Shown one piece after another: positions 20,428 through 30,338 of a stretch of 64,000 nucleotides of DNA (its first letter is position 1; each line of letters starts with the position of its first letter). This stretch comes from an uncultured delta proteobacterium (lineage in GTDB: Bacteria; Desulfobacterota; Binatia; Binatales; Binataceae). A model generated the notes under the pieces. It was not told the DNA's origin. It did not search any database and saw nothing but the letters and a program-made list of their open reading frames with translations. The translations under genes were made by a program, and so were the position numbers. The stretch covers positions 320,001 to 384,000 of the forward strand of contig CAWJET010000002.1 of NCBI GenBank assembly GCA_963842085.1, given 5' to 3'.

Positions 20428-22002
20428 TCAGGGAAAATAGGTGTCTGCGACTTTGCCGTTGCTGCCAGCCACGTTGCCGACCACGGGTCCCTCGCCGGGC
20501 AACGCGTTGCGCCCGAAGAGCGCCGCGGTTTGATCGCTGTACAGCAGATGCCAGCGCGGGTCCTGCCGGACGATATCGGCGCCCTTGGTATGCACGCCCA
20601 TCAGCACGTAGTCATGCGGATAAGCGTCGAGCAGGCGAGCCGCGCCGTCTTGTCCGTTGAAAAAAATCGCGTAATCGCGCTCCTGCTTGTCCGTATAGAC
20701 GAGCTCGCCGCGTGGGTCGATATAAACTTTGAACGCATCCCTCATGTGCCAGAGCAGATACGAGCCCCATTCGAACTCACAAAGCACGTTCCCGTGAAGT
20801 CCGTGCTGCTTCATGAATGCGAGCGCACCGGTCGGCATCGGCTTCCAGGTTATGAGGCGATTGGAAAAAGTTCCACCCACCAGCACCAGCGCCAACGCGC
20901 AAATCGCCACCATCGCCGCCGGCGGTTCGTCGCTGACCGCAGGCTGCACGCCCATCTTGATCTCGGCGCTGCGTTCCAATGCCAAGCTCGCATGGCGCGC
21001 CAGCGGAATCGCGACCGCGATCACCCCGACCGCTACGTTGCGTGTTGCGTAGAAGGCCGCGCCGATAAAGATCGTGGCGACGGCGAGCAGGGCTGCATCC
21101 TCGAGGTCCGGGGCTATCGCAACCGCCGCGACAAACCCGGCAAACATCAACAGCGGCGCCACATCCTGCAGCAATTGCACCTTGGATTCCCGCCACATGT
21201 GCAGCATCATCGTCGGCAGTGGCACCCAGTCGGCGATTACCTGCCGAATCACCGGATCGCCGACCGAATGGGCCACTCCCGTCCACAGGCCCACTCCGAA
21301 CGGATTGATAATCGTGGCCGCCGCGCATCCGAAGGTCACCAGTGCCAGCCGCCACGCCGACGCGATGCGGCCCGCGTCGCCAAACCATCCTTGGACGAAC
21401 ATGACCGCCGACGCGACGCCCATAGCGCCAAGTCCGACGATGTAGCCGCCGTGAAAATTGGCCCACAGCGCGAACATCGGGATCAGCGGCCACCACGTCG
21501 CATCGCGCCGGTAAACCTCGAGCGCGAGCGACATCATCACCACGCTGATCATCATGAAGGTGAAGAGTTGCGGCCGAAATTGCATCTGGGTCGAGATCGC
21601 AACGGCGCTGAGAATCAGGGTCAGCCTTTGTACTCGGGCGGCGGCACCGGTCGCGGAAATCCCGATCGCCAACGCGACTATCAAGATGGTCGAGACGGCA
21701 AGTTTCAGGAGCTTGAGGCCGAATACTCCGAGGTGCGCGTAGCAGAAGGCCAGGGCCACCTGGGACAGCCATTCGTGATTGTGCCACGGCATTCCCGCCG
21801 CGCTGTAGGAGTAGGTATCAAACCGCGGAATATGGCCGGTACGGAGCGTCGTCTGACCGGTCAGCATGTGTATCCACAGATCCGGCTCGGCGAAGTTGTC
21901 AGCCGTCGCTATCGCTATCGAAAGGATCACCGTCCATCGCGACGCGGACAGTAGCGAATAGCGTGGCAGCTCAAACTCCTTCGGGTCACGCTCGGAGGAC
22001 AA
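20428..22002 (-). CDS. Multi-pass membrane protein, GT-C glycosyltransferase-like (paralog 1)
   Basis: EPDLWIHMLTG, YSYSAAGMPWHNHEWL, FRPQLF, LWANFHGG, INPFG, EWGSYLLW, YIDPRGELVY; many TM segments; start uncertain. Confidence 0.75.
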   Translation of the reverse strand: MSSERDPKEFELPRYSLLSASRWTVILSIAIATADNFAEPDLWIHMLTGQTTLRTGHIPRFDTYSYSAAGMPWHNHEWLSQVALAFCYAHLGVFGLKLLKLAVSTILIVALAIGISATGAAARVQRLTLILSAVAISTQMQFRPQLFTFMMISVVMMSLALEVYRRDATWWPLIPMFALWANFHGGYIVGLGAMGVASAVMFVQGWFGDAGRIASAWRLALVTFGCAAATIINPFGVGLWTGVAHSVGDPVIRQVIADWVPLPTMMLHMWRESKVQLLQDVAPLLMFAGFVAAVAIAPDLEDAALLAVATIFIGAAFYATRNVAVGVIAVAIPLARHASLALERSAEIKMGVQPAVSDEPPAAMVAICALALVLVGGTFSNRLITWKPMPTGALAFMKQHGLHGNVLCEFEWGSYLLWHMRDAFKVYIDPRGELVYTDKQERDYAIFFNGQDGAARLLDAYPHDYVLMGVHTKGADIVRQDPRWHLLYSDQTAALFGRNALPGEGPVVGNVAGSNGKVADTYFP

Positions 22003-22337
22003 AATCCGCCAACCTCAACATCGGTCCCGACCTCCGCCTTCCCCAAGTCTTTTGCGCTAAGCCGGATGGAGCGCCCGTGCGCGACTCCGCGGCCGCATCT
22101 TTGCACGATCGCGATAGAGACAGCTGCAAACCACGGCGCTACTATACATCGACTAAGTAATGATGTCCTGCAAATGGAATAGCTACTAGCATCAGTGCAT
22201 TCAAAATCGCAATCGGCACAAAGCTTCGCAACGGTGGACGGCCGACTTATGGCGGAGCCCGAATTGCCGCCGTCTAACTGATGAAACGAAGCCGCGGCTC
22301 GGCTAAGTTGGGGCGCATTGCGAGGCGGGATGACAGC

Positions 22338-23954
22338 ATGACGGGGTGGGGGAAACCCGCATTGGCGAGCATGGGGCAACGTCCGGACGCCGAGCCGGGC
22401 GAGCGGTCAGCGAGCGCCGCGCAGGCGCCCGACACGCGCTCACTCCTCAGGTATGCACCGGTCTTCGTGCTGCTTGCGGCGGTCGTGGCGGACAGCATTC
22501 AGCAGGCCGATCCTGATCTGTGGATGCATGTCCGTTTCGGTCAAATCGCGCTCCACACCGGCCGCCTGCTGCGCTGCGATATCTTTTCCTACTCGGCGCC
22601 CGGGGCGCCGTGGTTTAACCACGAGTGGCTCGCGGACGTCGTGATGGCGCTATTCTACGAAGCCGGGGGCGTGGTCGGGCTCAAGCTGATGAAGTTCTTG
22701 TGCGCGGCGGCGATCATGGTGCTGCTCGCGCTGGGCACGGCCGAAACCGGCGCGGAGTATCGGGCGCAGTTTGCCGCTCTTCTGCTGGCGGCGCTGGGAC
22801 TGCGGCTCCAGATTCAGTTCCGGCCGCAGTTGTTCGATTACATCTTCCTGAGTGCGCTACTCGTGATGCTCGCCCGCGAAAGCCGCGGCCGCCGAGCGCA
22901 CTTGTGGCTGGCGGTCCCGATGATGGCCTTATGGGTGAATCTGCACGGCGGATTTTTCATAGGGCTGGCCGTGCTCGGCCTTTACGCCGCGGTGGCGGGC
23001 GCGCAGGACCGGCTGGCCGGGCGCGGATGGCGGCGCGCAATTAAGCTTGCCGCGCTAACCTTGGCCGCGCTGATCGCGACGCTGGTCAACCCCTTCGGCA
23101 TCCGCGAATGGTATGTCGTGGTTGGCAAGTTCAGCGAACCGATCGTGGCCCTGAATCGGAACGTCGAGTTCCAGAGCCTTTTTCATCAACTGGCGACGGG
23201 CGGCAGCAGGATCGGCATGTTCTATCTCTGCGTCTTTCCCTTCGCGATAACGGCGGCTGCTGTGATCGCCTTTGCGCTCGCGCCGCGCCGCGAGGATTTC
23301 GCGCTGATGGCGGTGGCCGTGCTGATGATCTGCGCATGGCTCTATGCCATGCGCAACATGGCGTTCGCCGTGATCGCCTGCACCGCGCCGCTGGCGCGCC
23401 CTCCGGCGCTCGTCATTGCCTCGGCGAAAGGCGCGCCCGAGCGGCCGCCGCAGGATGCGGCTGCGCGCGCTCCGGGCGGGGTCCGGCTGCTCGTGTTGGT
23501 GGCGGTCGTATTCATCGCCGCGTTCGGGAAAATTTTTTCCCCGCCGCTGCCGATCTACATGGATTATCCGGTAGGGGCAGTCGCGTTCATGCAACGCAAC
23601 CGCCTGTACGGCAACATCCTGTCCACCTACGAGTGGGGCGGTTACATCGTCTGGCACGAGGTGCCGCCCTCGAAGGTGTTTTTCGACAGTTTCGACGAGC
23701 GCTATCCGCAAAGCGTGCAGTACGACTACCTGCACTTCATATCGGGCGGCTCTGCCGCCGCGCAAGTGCTCGAGCGCTATCCTCACGACTACGTGCTCGT
23801 CCCCGGCTCTTCCGGTCTGTACCTCTTGATGGCGAAGCGCAACGACTGGGCGCTCATTTACCGCGATTCGGTATGCGCGCTGTTCGCGCGCGCCGGTTCG
23901 GCGCCGGCGCCCATGCCGGTCACGGCGCCCGCCCCACCGAGCGATTTCCCATAA
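22338..23954 (+). CDS. Multi-pass membrane protein, GT-C glycosyltransferase-like (paralog 2)
   Basis: DPDLWMHVRFG, FSYSAPGAPWFNHEWL, FRPQLF, LWVNLHGG, VNPFG, EWGGYIVW; start uncertain (22281/22338/22371). Confidence 0.75.
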   Translation: MTGWGKPALASMGQRPDAEPGERSASAAQAPDTRSLLRYAPVFVLLAAVVADSIQQADPDLWMHVRFGQIALHTGRLLRCDIFSYSAPGAPWFNHEWLADVVMALFYEAGGVVGLKLMKFLCAAAIMVLLALGTAETGAEYRAQFAALLLAALGLRLQIQFRPQLFDYIFLSALLVMLARESRGRRAHLWLAVPMMALWVNLHGGFFIGLAVLGLYAAVAGAQDRLAGRGWRRAIKLAALTLAALIATLVNPFGIREWYVVVGKFSEPIVALNRNVEFQSLFHQLATGGSRIGMFYLCVFPFAITAAAVIAFALAPRREDFALMAVAVLMICAWLYAMRNMAFAVIACTAPLARPPALVIASAKGAPERPPQDAAARAPGGVRLLVLVAVVFIAAFGKIFSPPLPIYMDYPVGAVAFMQRNRLYGNILSTYEWGGYIVWHEVPPSKVFFDSFDERYPQSVQYDYLHFISGGSAAAQVLERYPHDYVLVPGSSGLYLLMAKRNDWALIYRDSVCALFARAGSAPAPMPVTAPAPPSDFP

Positions 23955-24289
23955 ACGCGGCGCTGCCGCCGGCGAGGATCTTCGGCGTCCGTTTCGGACG
24001 CGCGGAAGAATCACCGCGCTTGCCGCGCAGACTCGTGTGCCAGTGGCACCTTCTCGGACAAGGAGAGGGTATTAGATTTGAGCGGCTTCGATTTATATCC
24101 TCAGTAACAGCGGGTTGGCGCAAACCTAAGCCCTGACTCCTTCCAATGAGTCCGCGCCTGAGCTCTCCATCACTTCGCCATCGGCGATTTCGAAGCGTAT
24201 CAATTGACTGCCGGGTTGCATCGACCGCAACAAACTCTGCTGGCTCGCCCGCGCTTTCGCCGCCTCCGACGCGCCGGTAATCTGGTTGC

Positions 24290-25432
24290 GTGAAAGCTCT
24301 CGTAATCGGCGGCGGCATAATCGGCAGCTCGGTCGCATGGCGCCTCGCGTCCGACGGCGTCGCGGTCTCCGTCTTCGAGCGCGGCCGGCTCGGGCTTGAA
24401 GCCTCATGGGCGGCGGCCGGACTCATCGGCCCGCAGGCCGAGGCGCACGAACCCGGCGCCTTCTTCGACCTGGCGCTCGCCGGCAAGCGCTCCTTCGACG
24501 CCATCGTCGAGCGCCTCGCTGCCGAGAGCGGCGTCGATCCCGAGTACGATCCTCACGGCGTTCTCTACGTCGCCTTCGACGATGCCGCCCGCGCCGAGCT
24601 GCAGTCGCGCGCGCGATGGCAGCGCGCGGCCGGCGGCGAGGTCGAGGAATTGTCCCCGCGCGAAGCCTTCAAGCTCGCGCCCGTACTCTCGGAAAAAATC
24701 ATCTTCGCGCTCCACCTGCCCAATAACCGGCGCGTCGAGAATCGCAAGCTCACCCTGGCCTACATCAACGCCGCGACTCACGCCGGCGCCGATTTCCACG
24801 AGGGCGCCCGCGTCTATTCCATCGCGGTCGAGGGCGGGCGCGCCACCGGTCTGCGGCTGGCAGACGGCTCGGTCGAGACCGGCGACATCATCATCAACGC
24901 AGCCGGCGCGTGGGCCGGCGACATCCGCGGCCTCGAGGACGATCGCATCCATTTCTACCCGGTGCGCGGGCAGATTCTATGCTTCGACGCGCGCCCCGGC
25001 CTGGTCGGCCCTTCGATTTTCTCAGGCACTGGAATCTTGGTGCCGCGGCGCGACGGCCGCATCCTGGCCGGCTCGATCTTCGAGGACGCTGGCTTCAACA
25101 AGTCCGTCACCCTCGACGGGATGGAACGAATCCTGCGCGCGGTGCGCGCGATGGTTCCCTCGATCGCCTCGGTTCCCTTTCGGGAAGCATGGGCCGGCCT
25201 GCGCCCCGCCAGCGACGACTTGCTCCCCGTGCTCGGCCCGTCGCCGACGGTCGCAAACGTGCTCTACGCCGCCGGCCACTTCCGCAGCGGCATCCTGCTC
25301 TCCGCCATCACCGGCGAAGTGATCGCCGACATGGTCAAAGGCCGCCGGCCTCCGATCGACCTTGCGCCGTTTTCCCCATCCCGCTTCCGCAACGGCACCG
25401 CCCGCTTGGTAAAACTCGCCGACATGATATGA
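24290..25432 (+). CDS. thiO: Glycine oxidase ThiO / DAO-family FAD oxidoreductase
   Basis: IGGGIIG, ASWAAAG, NAAGAW, PVRGQ, WAGLRP, GHFRSGILLS. Confidence 0.8.
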   Translation: MKALVIGGGIIGSSVAWRLASDGVAVSVFERGRLGLEASWAAAGLIGPQAEAHEPGAFFDLALAGKRSFDAIVERLAAESGVDPEYDPHGVLYVAFDDAARAELQSRARWQRAAGGEVEELSPREAFKLAPVLSEKIIFALHLPNNRRVENRKLTLAYINAATHAGADFHEGARVYSIAVEGGRATGLRLADGSVETGDIIINAAGAWAGDIRGLEDDRIHFYPVRGQILCFDARPGLVGPSIFSGTGILVPRRDGRILAGSIFEDAGFNKSVTLDGMERILRAVRAMVPSIASVPFREAWAGLRPASDDLLPVLGPSPTVANVLYAAGHFRSGILLSAITGEVIADMVKGRRPPIDLAPFSPSRFRNGTARLVKLADMI

Positions 25433-25791
25433 GCAGGACAATCGCACTCGGATTAATCCGCGACTTGTTCTTCCGCGCGAAGATCGACGCGGTCGCCCAC
25501 GCCGTCGGCGCCGAGGTTGAGTACGCGTCGTCGCTCGACGCCGTAGCCTCGCGATGCGCCGCGATGCAACCCTCGATTGTTTTTACGGATCTCTCCGACG
25601 CCGCGTTCCCAGCGCTCGACACGCTGAAAAAAATCCGCGCCGCTGCCCCAAGCGCTCGCGTGATAGGCTTCGCCTCGCACGTAGATCTGAAACCGCTGAA
25701 AGCGGCGCGCGAAGCAGGCTACGAGCGAACGCTCTCGCGCAGCGAGTTCACCGCCCAACTTCCCGACTTGCTACGTCGATCGCCGCGCTGA
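25429..25791 (+). CDS. Single-domain receiver-like (atypical) protein
   Basis: MSRTIALGLIRDLFFRAKI..FTDLSD..IGFASHVD..AREAG; ATG overlaps the thiO stop (ATGA). Confidence 0.75.
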   Translation: MSRTIALGLIRDLFFRAKIDAVAHAVGAEVEYASSLDAVASRCAAMQPSIVFTDLSDAAFPALDTLKKIRAAAPSARVIGFASHVDLKPLKAAREAGYERTLSRSEFTAQLPDLLRRSPR

Positions 25792-25809
25792 CTGAACACC
25801 CTTCGCGCT

Positions 25810-26310
25810 TCAGCCGCGGACGCGCTCGCGGGCGAAGATGGCGCGCTCTTCGGCCGTCATCTTCTCGCGGATGCGCGAGCCCTTGCCGAGATGCCGATAC
25901 AGTCCGCCTTCCGAGAAATATTCCTCGTAGGGCTGCGCCGGGATCGGCTCCGGCGGAGCCGTGTCGGTGATCTTCACGCCCAACACCTCCTCGACCAGGT
26001 TGCTGTCGTACATCCTGACGGCATCGTAGTCCGTCAGCAGCGCGCATACTTCGACGCAGATATAACACCCGATACATTCCTGGAAGCGGTCCTGCACCGG
26101 CTGCACGCCGCGCCCCGGAACCGAGCCGGGCGCCAGGTACTCGATGCACTGAACGGGGCAGAACTCGGGGCATTTGCCGCACGGGAAGCACAGGTTCACG
26201 TCCATAAACGCGACTTCGCGCGGGCGCTTCTTCTTTTGTCCGACTTCTTCGGGAGTCTCGGGGATGCGGTCTTCCTTCAGACGGCGCTTGATGATGTCGA
26301 TGGCGCTCAT
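25810..26310 (-). CDS. 2x[4Fe-4S] ferredoxin-like protein
   Basis: CFPCGKCPEFCP and CIGCYICVEVC. Confidence 0.85.
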   Translation of the reverse strand: MSAIDIIKRRLKEDRIPETPEEVGQKKKRPREVAFMDVNLCFPCGKCPEFCPVQCIEYLAPGSVPGRGVQPVQDRFQECIGCYICVEVCALLTDYDAVRMYDSNLVEEVLGVKITDTAPPEPIPAQPYEEYFSEGGLYRHLGKGSRIREKMTAEERAIFARERVRG

Positions 26311-26364
26311 GCTTATATAGTCACGCTATTTGAGCGCGGCTGGTCAAGCGGCTGGGAATCGCTG

Positions 26365-27957
26365 CTACCTGACTGCGAAGATGCGGCCGGTTGAGGTGCC
26401 GACGTAGAGCATCCCCGACCGTGACGATGCGGCGGTTGTGATCTTGCCGAAGCTGCGCGTCGTCCAGACGTAACTGCCGTCGCCCGTGATTACCGCGCCC
26501 ACGTCTCCCGTCGCGGCGTCGAACACGCCGTCGTAGCCGAGCGCAGTCAGTCCGGCCTCGCCCGGTTTGAGCGTCGGATCTTTCCATCGGAGCTGTCCCT
26601 CGACGGAGACGCCGTAGATCGTGTCGGCGCCGGCGAAGATGGTTCCCGATGGAGCGACCGCCGGTCCCGCGGTTACCGCATGCGCGGCGTTGACGTGCCA
26701 GATCGGATTGCCGGTGCGCAAATCGATCGCATACAAGCCGCCGGCGGCCGAGCCTGCGTAAACGACGTCGTCCGCATAGGCAACGGCTCCCGTAAATCCG
26801 CCGTCAGGCTGGAAGGTCCAAACCACGGAGCCGTCCGACGCAAGCGCCGCGACCGCGCCGTGCGCCGTCGCCACTACGATTCCGTCCGGCGTCGTCGCAA
26901 CGGTAGTCACCGGTCCGGCATTCACACGCCAGTTGAGAGATCCGGAGGGGCTGACCGAGACGAGGTCGTCACCCGCCGATGCGTAAATCGCGCGATCGGT
27001 CGCGGCGAGCGGTCCCACGCTCTGGCCAATCTCGAGATGCCAGAGAATTGCGCCATCGGGAGCAAAGGCCGCCAACTCCGACTTCGACGACATCGCGACC
27101 ACGGTCCCGTCGGGCAATACTGCCGGCGACGAGCCGTCGGCCTCGCGGCGCATCACTTCCTTGCCCGCGGAATTCAGCTCGTGCAGCACGCCGTCACGCG
27201 TGATGAAGGATATCGAGCCGTCGTCGCCGGCCGCGATTCGCCCGCGCAGCTCCGCGCCAGGATCGAAGGTCCACATCAGAACTCCGGCACTCCGTGCCGA
27301 CGCGGCGGGCGTACTCAACGCGCCGGGCACTAAGGCGCCTTTCGGCGTCGATGTCGGAGTAGGGAGGGGCGTCGGGCATAAGAAGGCCGTATTGCTGGGC
27401 CCGCAGGTGTTGACGTCCATGTAGACGCCGACGCCAACCGGCTGACTGATCACTCCCGAACTGCTGGCGTTGACGCAGACGCATCCGGCAAATCCCGTCG
27501 TGTACATGCCGCCCTGGGGCCCGGGCGGAGGCGCTTGCAGCACGGTGTTGTCGGTCGAGGTCCAAAGTGTAGACGAGGCCGTCGTAATGTCCTGATACTC
27601 ACTCCTAGATTTCTTCTGGAGTGTACCGATTGCATTGAACGCGACCGTCCCGCCGGTCGGCACGGCGTCCGGGCCGGTGCTCGACAAGGTCGTGCTGGTT
27701 GCGGCGGGCCGCGGCGTCAGCGTGGGCGTCGGTGTCTTGGCGGGCTTCGGCGTCTTGGTCGAGGGCGGCGTCGGGGTGAACGTGGGCGAGGGCGGTGCGC
27801 CGGTTGAGATCGTGATCGAATCGAGCGAAAAGCCCGGACCGGGGGTTGCCGCGGGTGTTCCGCCGCCGCTGCCGCCGCAACTGCTCAGCAAAATCGCTCC
27901 GAAGACGAACATTACAACCGGCGCGACCACCAGCCATCTGAGCCACCGCGACAACAT
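26365..27957 (-). CDS. Lipoprotein with Pro/Thr linkers and PQQ-like beta-propeller repeats
   Basis: Lipobox LLSSC; PT-rich linkers; repeated G..LW/VW blade motifs (LYAIDLRTGNPIW, LYVGTSTGRIFAV). Confidence 0.8.
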   Translation of the reverse strand: MLSRWLRWLVVAPVVMFVFGAILLSSCGGSGGGTPAATPGPGFSLDSITISTGAPPSPTFTPTPPSTKTPKPAKTPTPTLTPRPAATSTTLSSTGPDAVPTGGTVAFNAIGTLQKKSRSEYQDITTASSTLWTSTDNTVLQAPPPGPQGGMYTTGFAGCVCVNASSSGVISQPVGVGVYMDVNTCGPSNTAFLCPTPLPTPTSTPKGALVPGALSTPAASARSAGVLMWTFDPGAELRGRIAAGDDGSISFITRDGVLHELNSAGKEVMRREADGSSPAVLPDGTVVAMSSKSELAAFAPDGAILWHLEIGQSVGPLAATDRAIYASAGDDLVSVSPSGSLNWRVNAGPVTTVATTPDGIVVATAHGAVAALASDGSVVWTFQPDGGFTGAVAYADDVVYAGSAAGGLYAIDLRTGNPIWHVNAAHAVTAGPAVAPSGTIFAGADTIYGVSVEGQLRWKDPTLKPGEAGLTALGYDGVFDAATGDVGAVITGDGSYVWTTRSFGKITTAASSRSGMLYVGTSTGRIFAVR

Positions 27958-28086
27958 CGAGTGATGAGCTATGACGATGCCAGCGCGCGGTGTCAAGTTG
28001 AGGCGCGAGCTGCGTGCTAAATTTACGAGTCGCTCTCAGCTCGCTCGGGTGCGGTCCCGGATATTCTCGACGATGGAGATTTGTGA

Positions 28087-28230
28087 AATAAAAAAATGGC
28101 GGGCATCTGAAGAGGGGGGGACTCTCCAATGCCCGCCTGTTCGTAGCGGCCGTCCGCGTACGCTGCGGACGGAACCCGGTTAGTTGGGAGGAACTAACTA
28201 ACCGGGAGGGTGCCAGAGCCGTTTGCACCC
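28087..28230 (-). ncRNA. Candidate sRNA or leader: four consecutive hairpins ending in an intrinsic terminator
   Basis: Stems 28208-13/28225-30, 28175-85/28196-206, 28150-57/28165-72, 28098-106/28129-37, followed by a U-tract on the minus strand; C-rich loops. Confidence 0.55.
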
Positions 28231-28335
28231 AAATATTGAGACGATTCATCTCAGCGATTATTCAAAGTCGAAAAGTTTTCATTTGCACGCGCTGAGCGTC
28301 TGGCTAAACTTGCCTGTGGAGGATTCGAAAAAGCC

Positions 28336-29343
28336 ATGGAATATCGGCGATTAGGTAGAACCGGACTGAAAGTTTCGGAACTTTGCCTTGGATGCATGAC
28401 CTTTGGCCGCGAAACCGATGAAGCAACGGCGGGAAAGATTTTCGACCGGTTCATCGAGGTCGGCGGCAATTTCATTGATACTGCGAACGTTTATGCGGCG
28501 GGAGCGTCGGAGGAAATTCTCGGAAGAATTGTCGGCCAGCGGCGAAAAGACCTGATTGTCGCAACAAAAGTCCGCTTCAACGCGAACATTTTCATGGGCA
28601 AGCCGGTGGGGCCCAATCAAATTGGCCTCTCGCGCGGGCATATCATGTCGGAGGTCGAGGCCAGTTTGCGGCGGCTGAAGATGGATTACATCGATCTTTA
28701 CCAGGTGCATTCGTGGGACTTCGAGACGCCGATAGAGGAGACGATGCGTGCGCTCGACGACCTCGTGCGTCACGGCAAAGTCAGATATATCGGCGCGTCC
28801 AATTTTACGGCCTGGCAACTGATGAAGAGTCTGTGGGTCAGCGATAAACATGATTTCGCGCATTTTGACAGCCTGCAGCCGCAATACAGCCTGATCTCGC
28901 GCGAGATCGAGCGCGAGATTCTGCCGCTGTGCCGCTACGAGAGCGTCGGCGTGATTCCGTGGAGTCCGCTCGGTGGCGGCTTCCTGACCGGCAAGTATCG
29001 CTCGGGTCAGCGCCCGCCCGAGGACAGCCGCCTGGCCAGGATGGATATGTGGAATCGGCTGGCTGACGAGCGGAACTACTCGACGCTCGAAGCCGTCGAG
29101 CAAGTCGCAAAAGAACGGGGTCGTGCGATCTCGCAGGTCGCGCTCGCATGGGTGAATCAGCAGCCCGGTGTCAGCTCGGTGATTTACGGCGCCCGAACCG
29201 AAGAACAGAATGAGCAGAACCTCGGCGCTATCGGATTTCGGCTCGAGGCAGCGGAGCTCGCGGCACTCGACAAGGCAAGCGCATTGCCGGTCGAGTATCC
29301 CAACGCGATGCAGGCGCGGCTGCCCGGCTATTCGCGGCAGTAA
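28336..29343 (+). CDS. Aldo/keto reductase
   Basis: LGRTGLKVSELCLGCMTFG, DTANVY, ATK, DYIDLYQVH, GKVRYIGASN, PWSPLGGG. Confidence 0.95.
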   Translation: MEYRRLGRTGLKVSELCLGCMTFGRETDEATAGKIFDRFIEVGGNFIDTANVYAAGASEEILGRIVGQRRKDLIVATKVRFNANIFMGKPVGPNQIGLSRGHIMSEVEASLRRLKMDYIDLYQVHSWDFETPIEETMRALDDLVRHGKVRYIGASNFTAWQLMKSLWVSDKHDFAHFDSLQPQYSLISREIEREILPLCRYESVGVIPWSPLGGGFLTGKYRSGQRPPEDSRLARMDMWNRLADERNYSTLEAVEQVAKERGRAISQVALAWVNQQPGVSSVIYGARTEEQNEQNLGAIGFRLEAAELAALDKASALPVEYPNAMQARLPGYSRQ

Positions 29344-29391
29344 TGCAGAGAGCCTAAGCGAGGCGCGCCCGGTCGGACGCGCATCGTTCTC

Positions 29392-30237
29392 TCATCCTTG
29401 AAATGACGGTCCGATGAAGCCGCGGGGCGCTATCGCCGACGGCGACGAACTCTCGCCGTCGCGGGGCGAGAACTGGCTGCCGACGGTCAGTCCGCCGTCC
29501 ACGATCATCGCCTGCCCGGTAACGAATTCCGAATCGTCGCTGGCAAGATACAGCGCCATCCCGGCGATGTCCTCGGGATGGCCCGCGCGCGGAATCGGTT
29601 GAACCTTCGCCATCCATTGTTCCATCGCTTCTTTCACGCCGGGCTGATTGCGATGCAGGATCGGCGTGTTGATTCCGCCGGGGCAGATGCAATTGACGCG
29701 GATTTTATCCTTGGCGAATTCCAGCGCGGCCGAACGTGTCAGGTTGACCACGCCGGCCTTGGCCGCGCAGTAGGCATGCAGTCCGTTGAAGCCGCGGATA
29801 CCGGCGACGGACGCGGTCGAGATTATCGAGCCGCCGCCCGCTTTGCGCATCTCGGGTACGGCGTGTTTCATTCCGAGGAAGACTCCGCGCAGCAAAACTG
29901 CCTGGCTTCTGTCCCAATCCTCGACCGAGATTTGTTCGAGCGGTCCGACCGCGCCGCCGATGCCGGCATTGTTATAGATGACGTCGAGACGGCCGAATTC
30001 CTTAATCGCGCGCGCGATGAGCGCTTTGATTTCGGCTTCGGCGGAGACGTCGGTCTTCTGGAATACCGCGCGCCCGGCGTTCTCCTTGCAATCGCGGACG
30101 GCCGATTCGCCGCCTTCGACGTTGAGGTCTGCGATCACAACCGCCGCGCCTTCGCCCGCGAACTTGATTGCGGTCGCGCGTCCGATTCCGCTCGCCGCGC
30201 CCGTGATGACCGCCACTTTGCCCTTGAGCCTGTCCAT
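29392..30237 (-). CDS. SDR-family oxidoreductase (paralog B)
   Basis: TGAASGIG, NNAG, STAS, YCAAK, IRVNCICPG. Confidence 0.93.
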   Translation of the reverse strand: MDRLKGKVAVITGAASGIGRATAIKFAGEGAAVVIADLNVEGGESAVRDCKENAGRAVFQKTDVSAEAEIKALIARAIKEFGRLDVIYNNAGIGGAVGPLEQISVEDWDRSQAVLLRGVFLGMKHAVPEMRKAGGGSIISTASVAGIRGFNGLHAYCAAKAGVVNLTRSAALEFAKDKIRVNCICPGGINTPILHRNQPGVKEAMEQWMAKVQPIPRAGHPEDIAGMALYLASDDSEFVTGQAMIVDGGLTVGSQFSPRDGESSSPSAIAPRGFIGPSFQG

Positions 30238-30338
30238 TTCAGATTTCCCTCTGCATGAAAGATTGCGGTGGTACGCATCGCGCGCGACCGCATCGAACTA
30301 AGTAGCAGACTGCGACTTGAAGCGGATAGCGCCGCCGA

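Noticed and set aside
22205-22272. Fragments reminiscent of a c-di-GMP-I riboswitch (GCACAAAGC...ATGGCGG..TTGCCG)
   Set aside because: Could not build the GNRA-capped P2 stem or the receptor; a cmscan is needed.
24040-24289. Possible TPP or c-di-GMP riboswitch upstream of thiO
   Set aside because: No CTGAGA/ACCTGA core, and only isolated GEMM-like words.
27340-27870. Repetitive GGCGTCGG-type DNA
   Set aside because: Encodes the Pro/Thr linkers of the lipoprotein; not an independent repeat.
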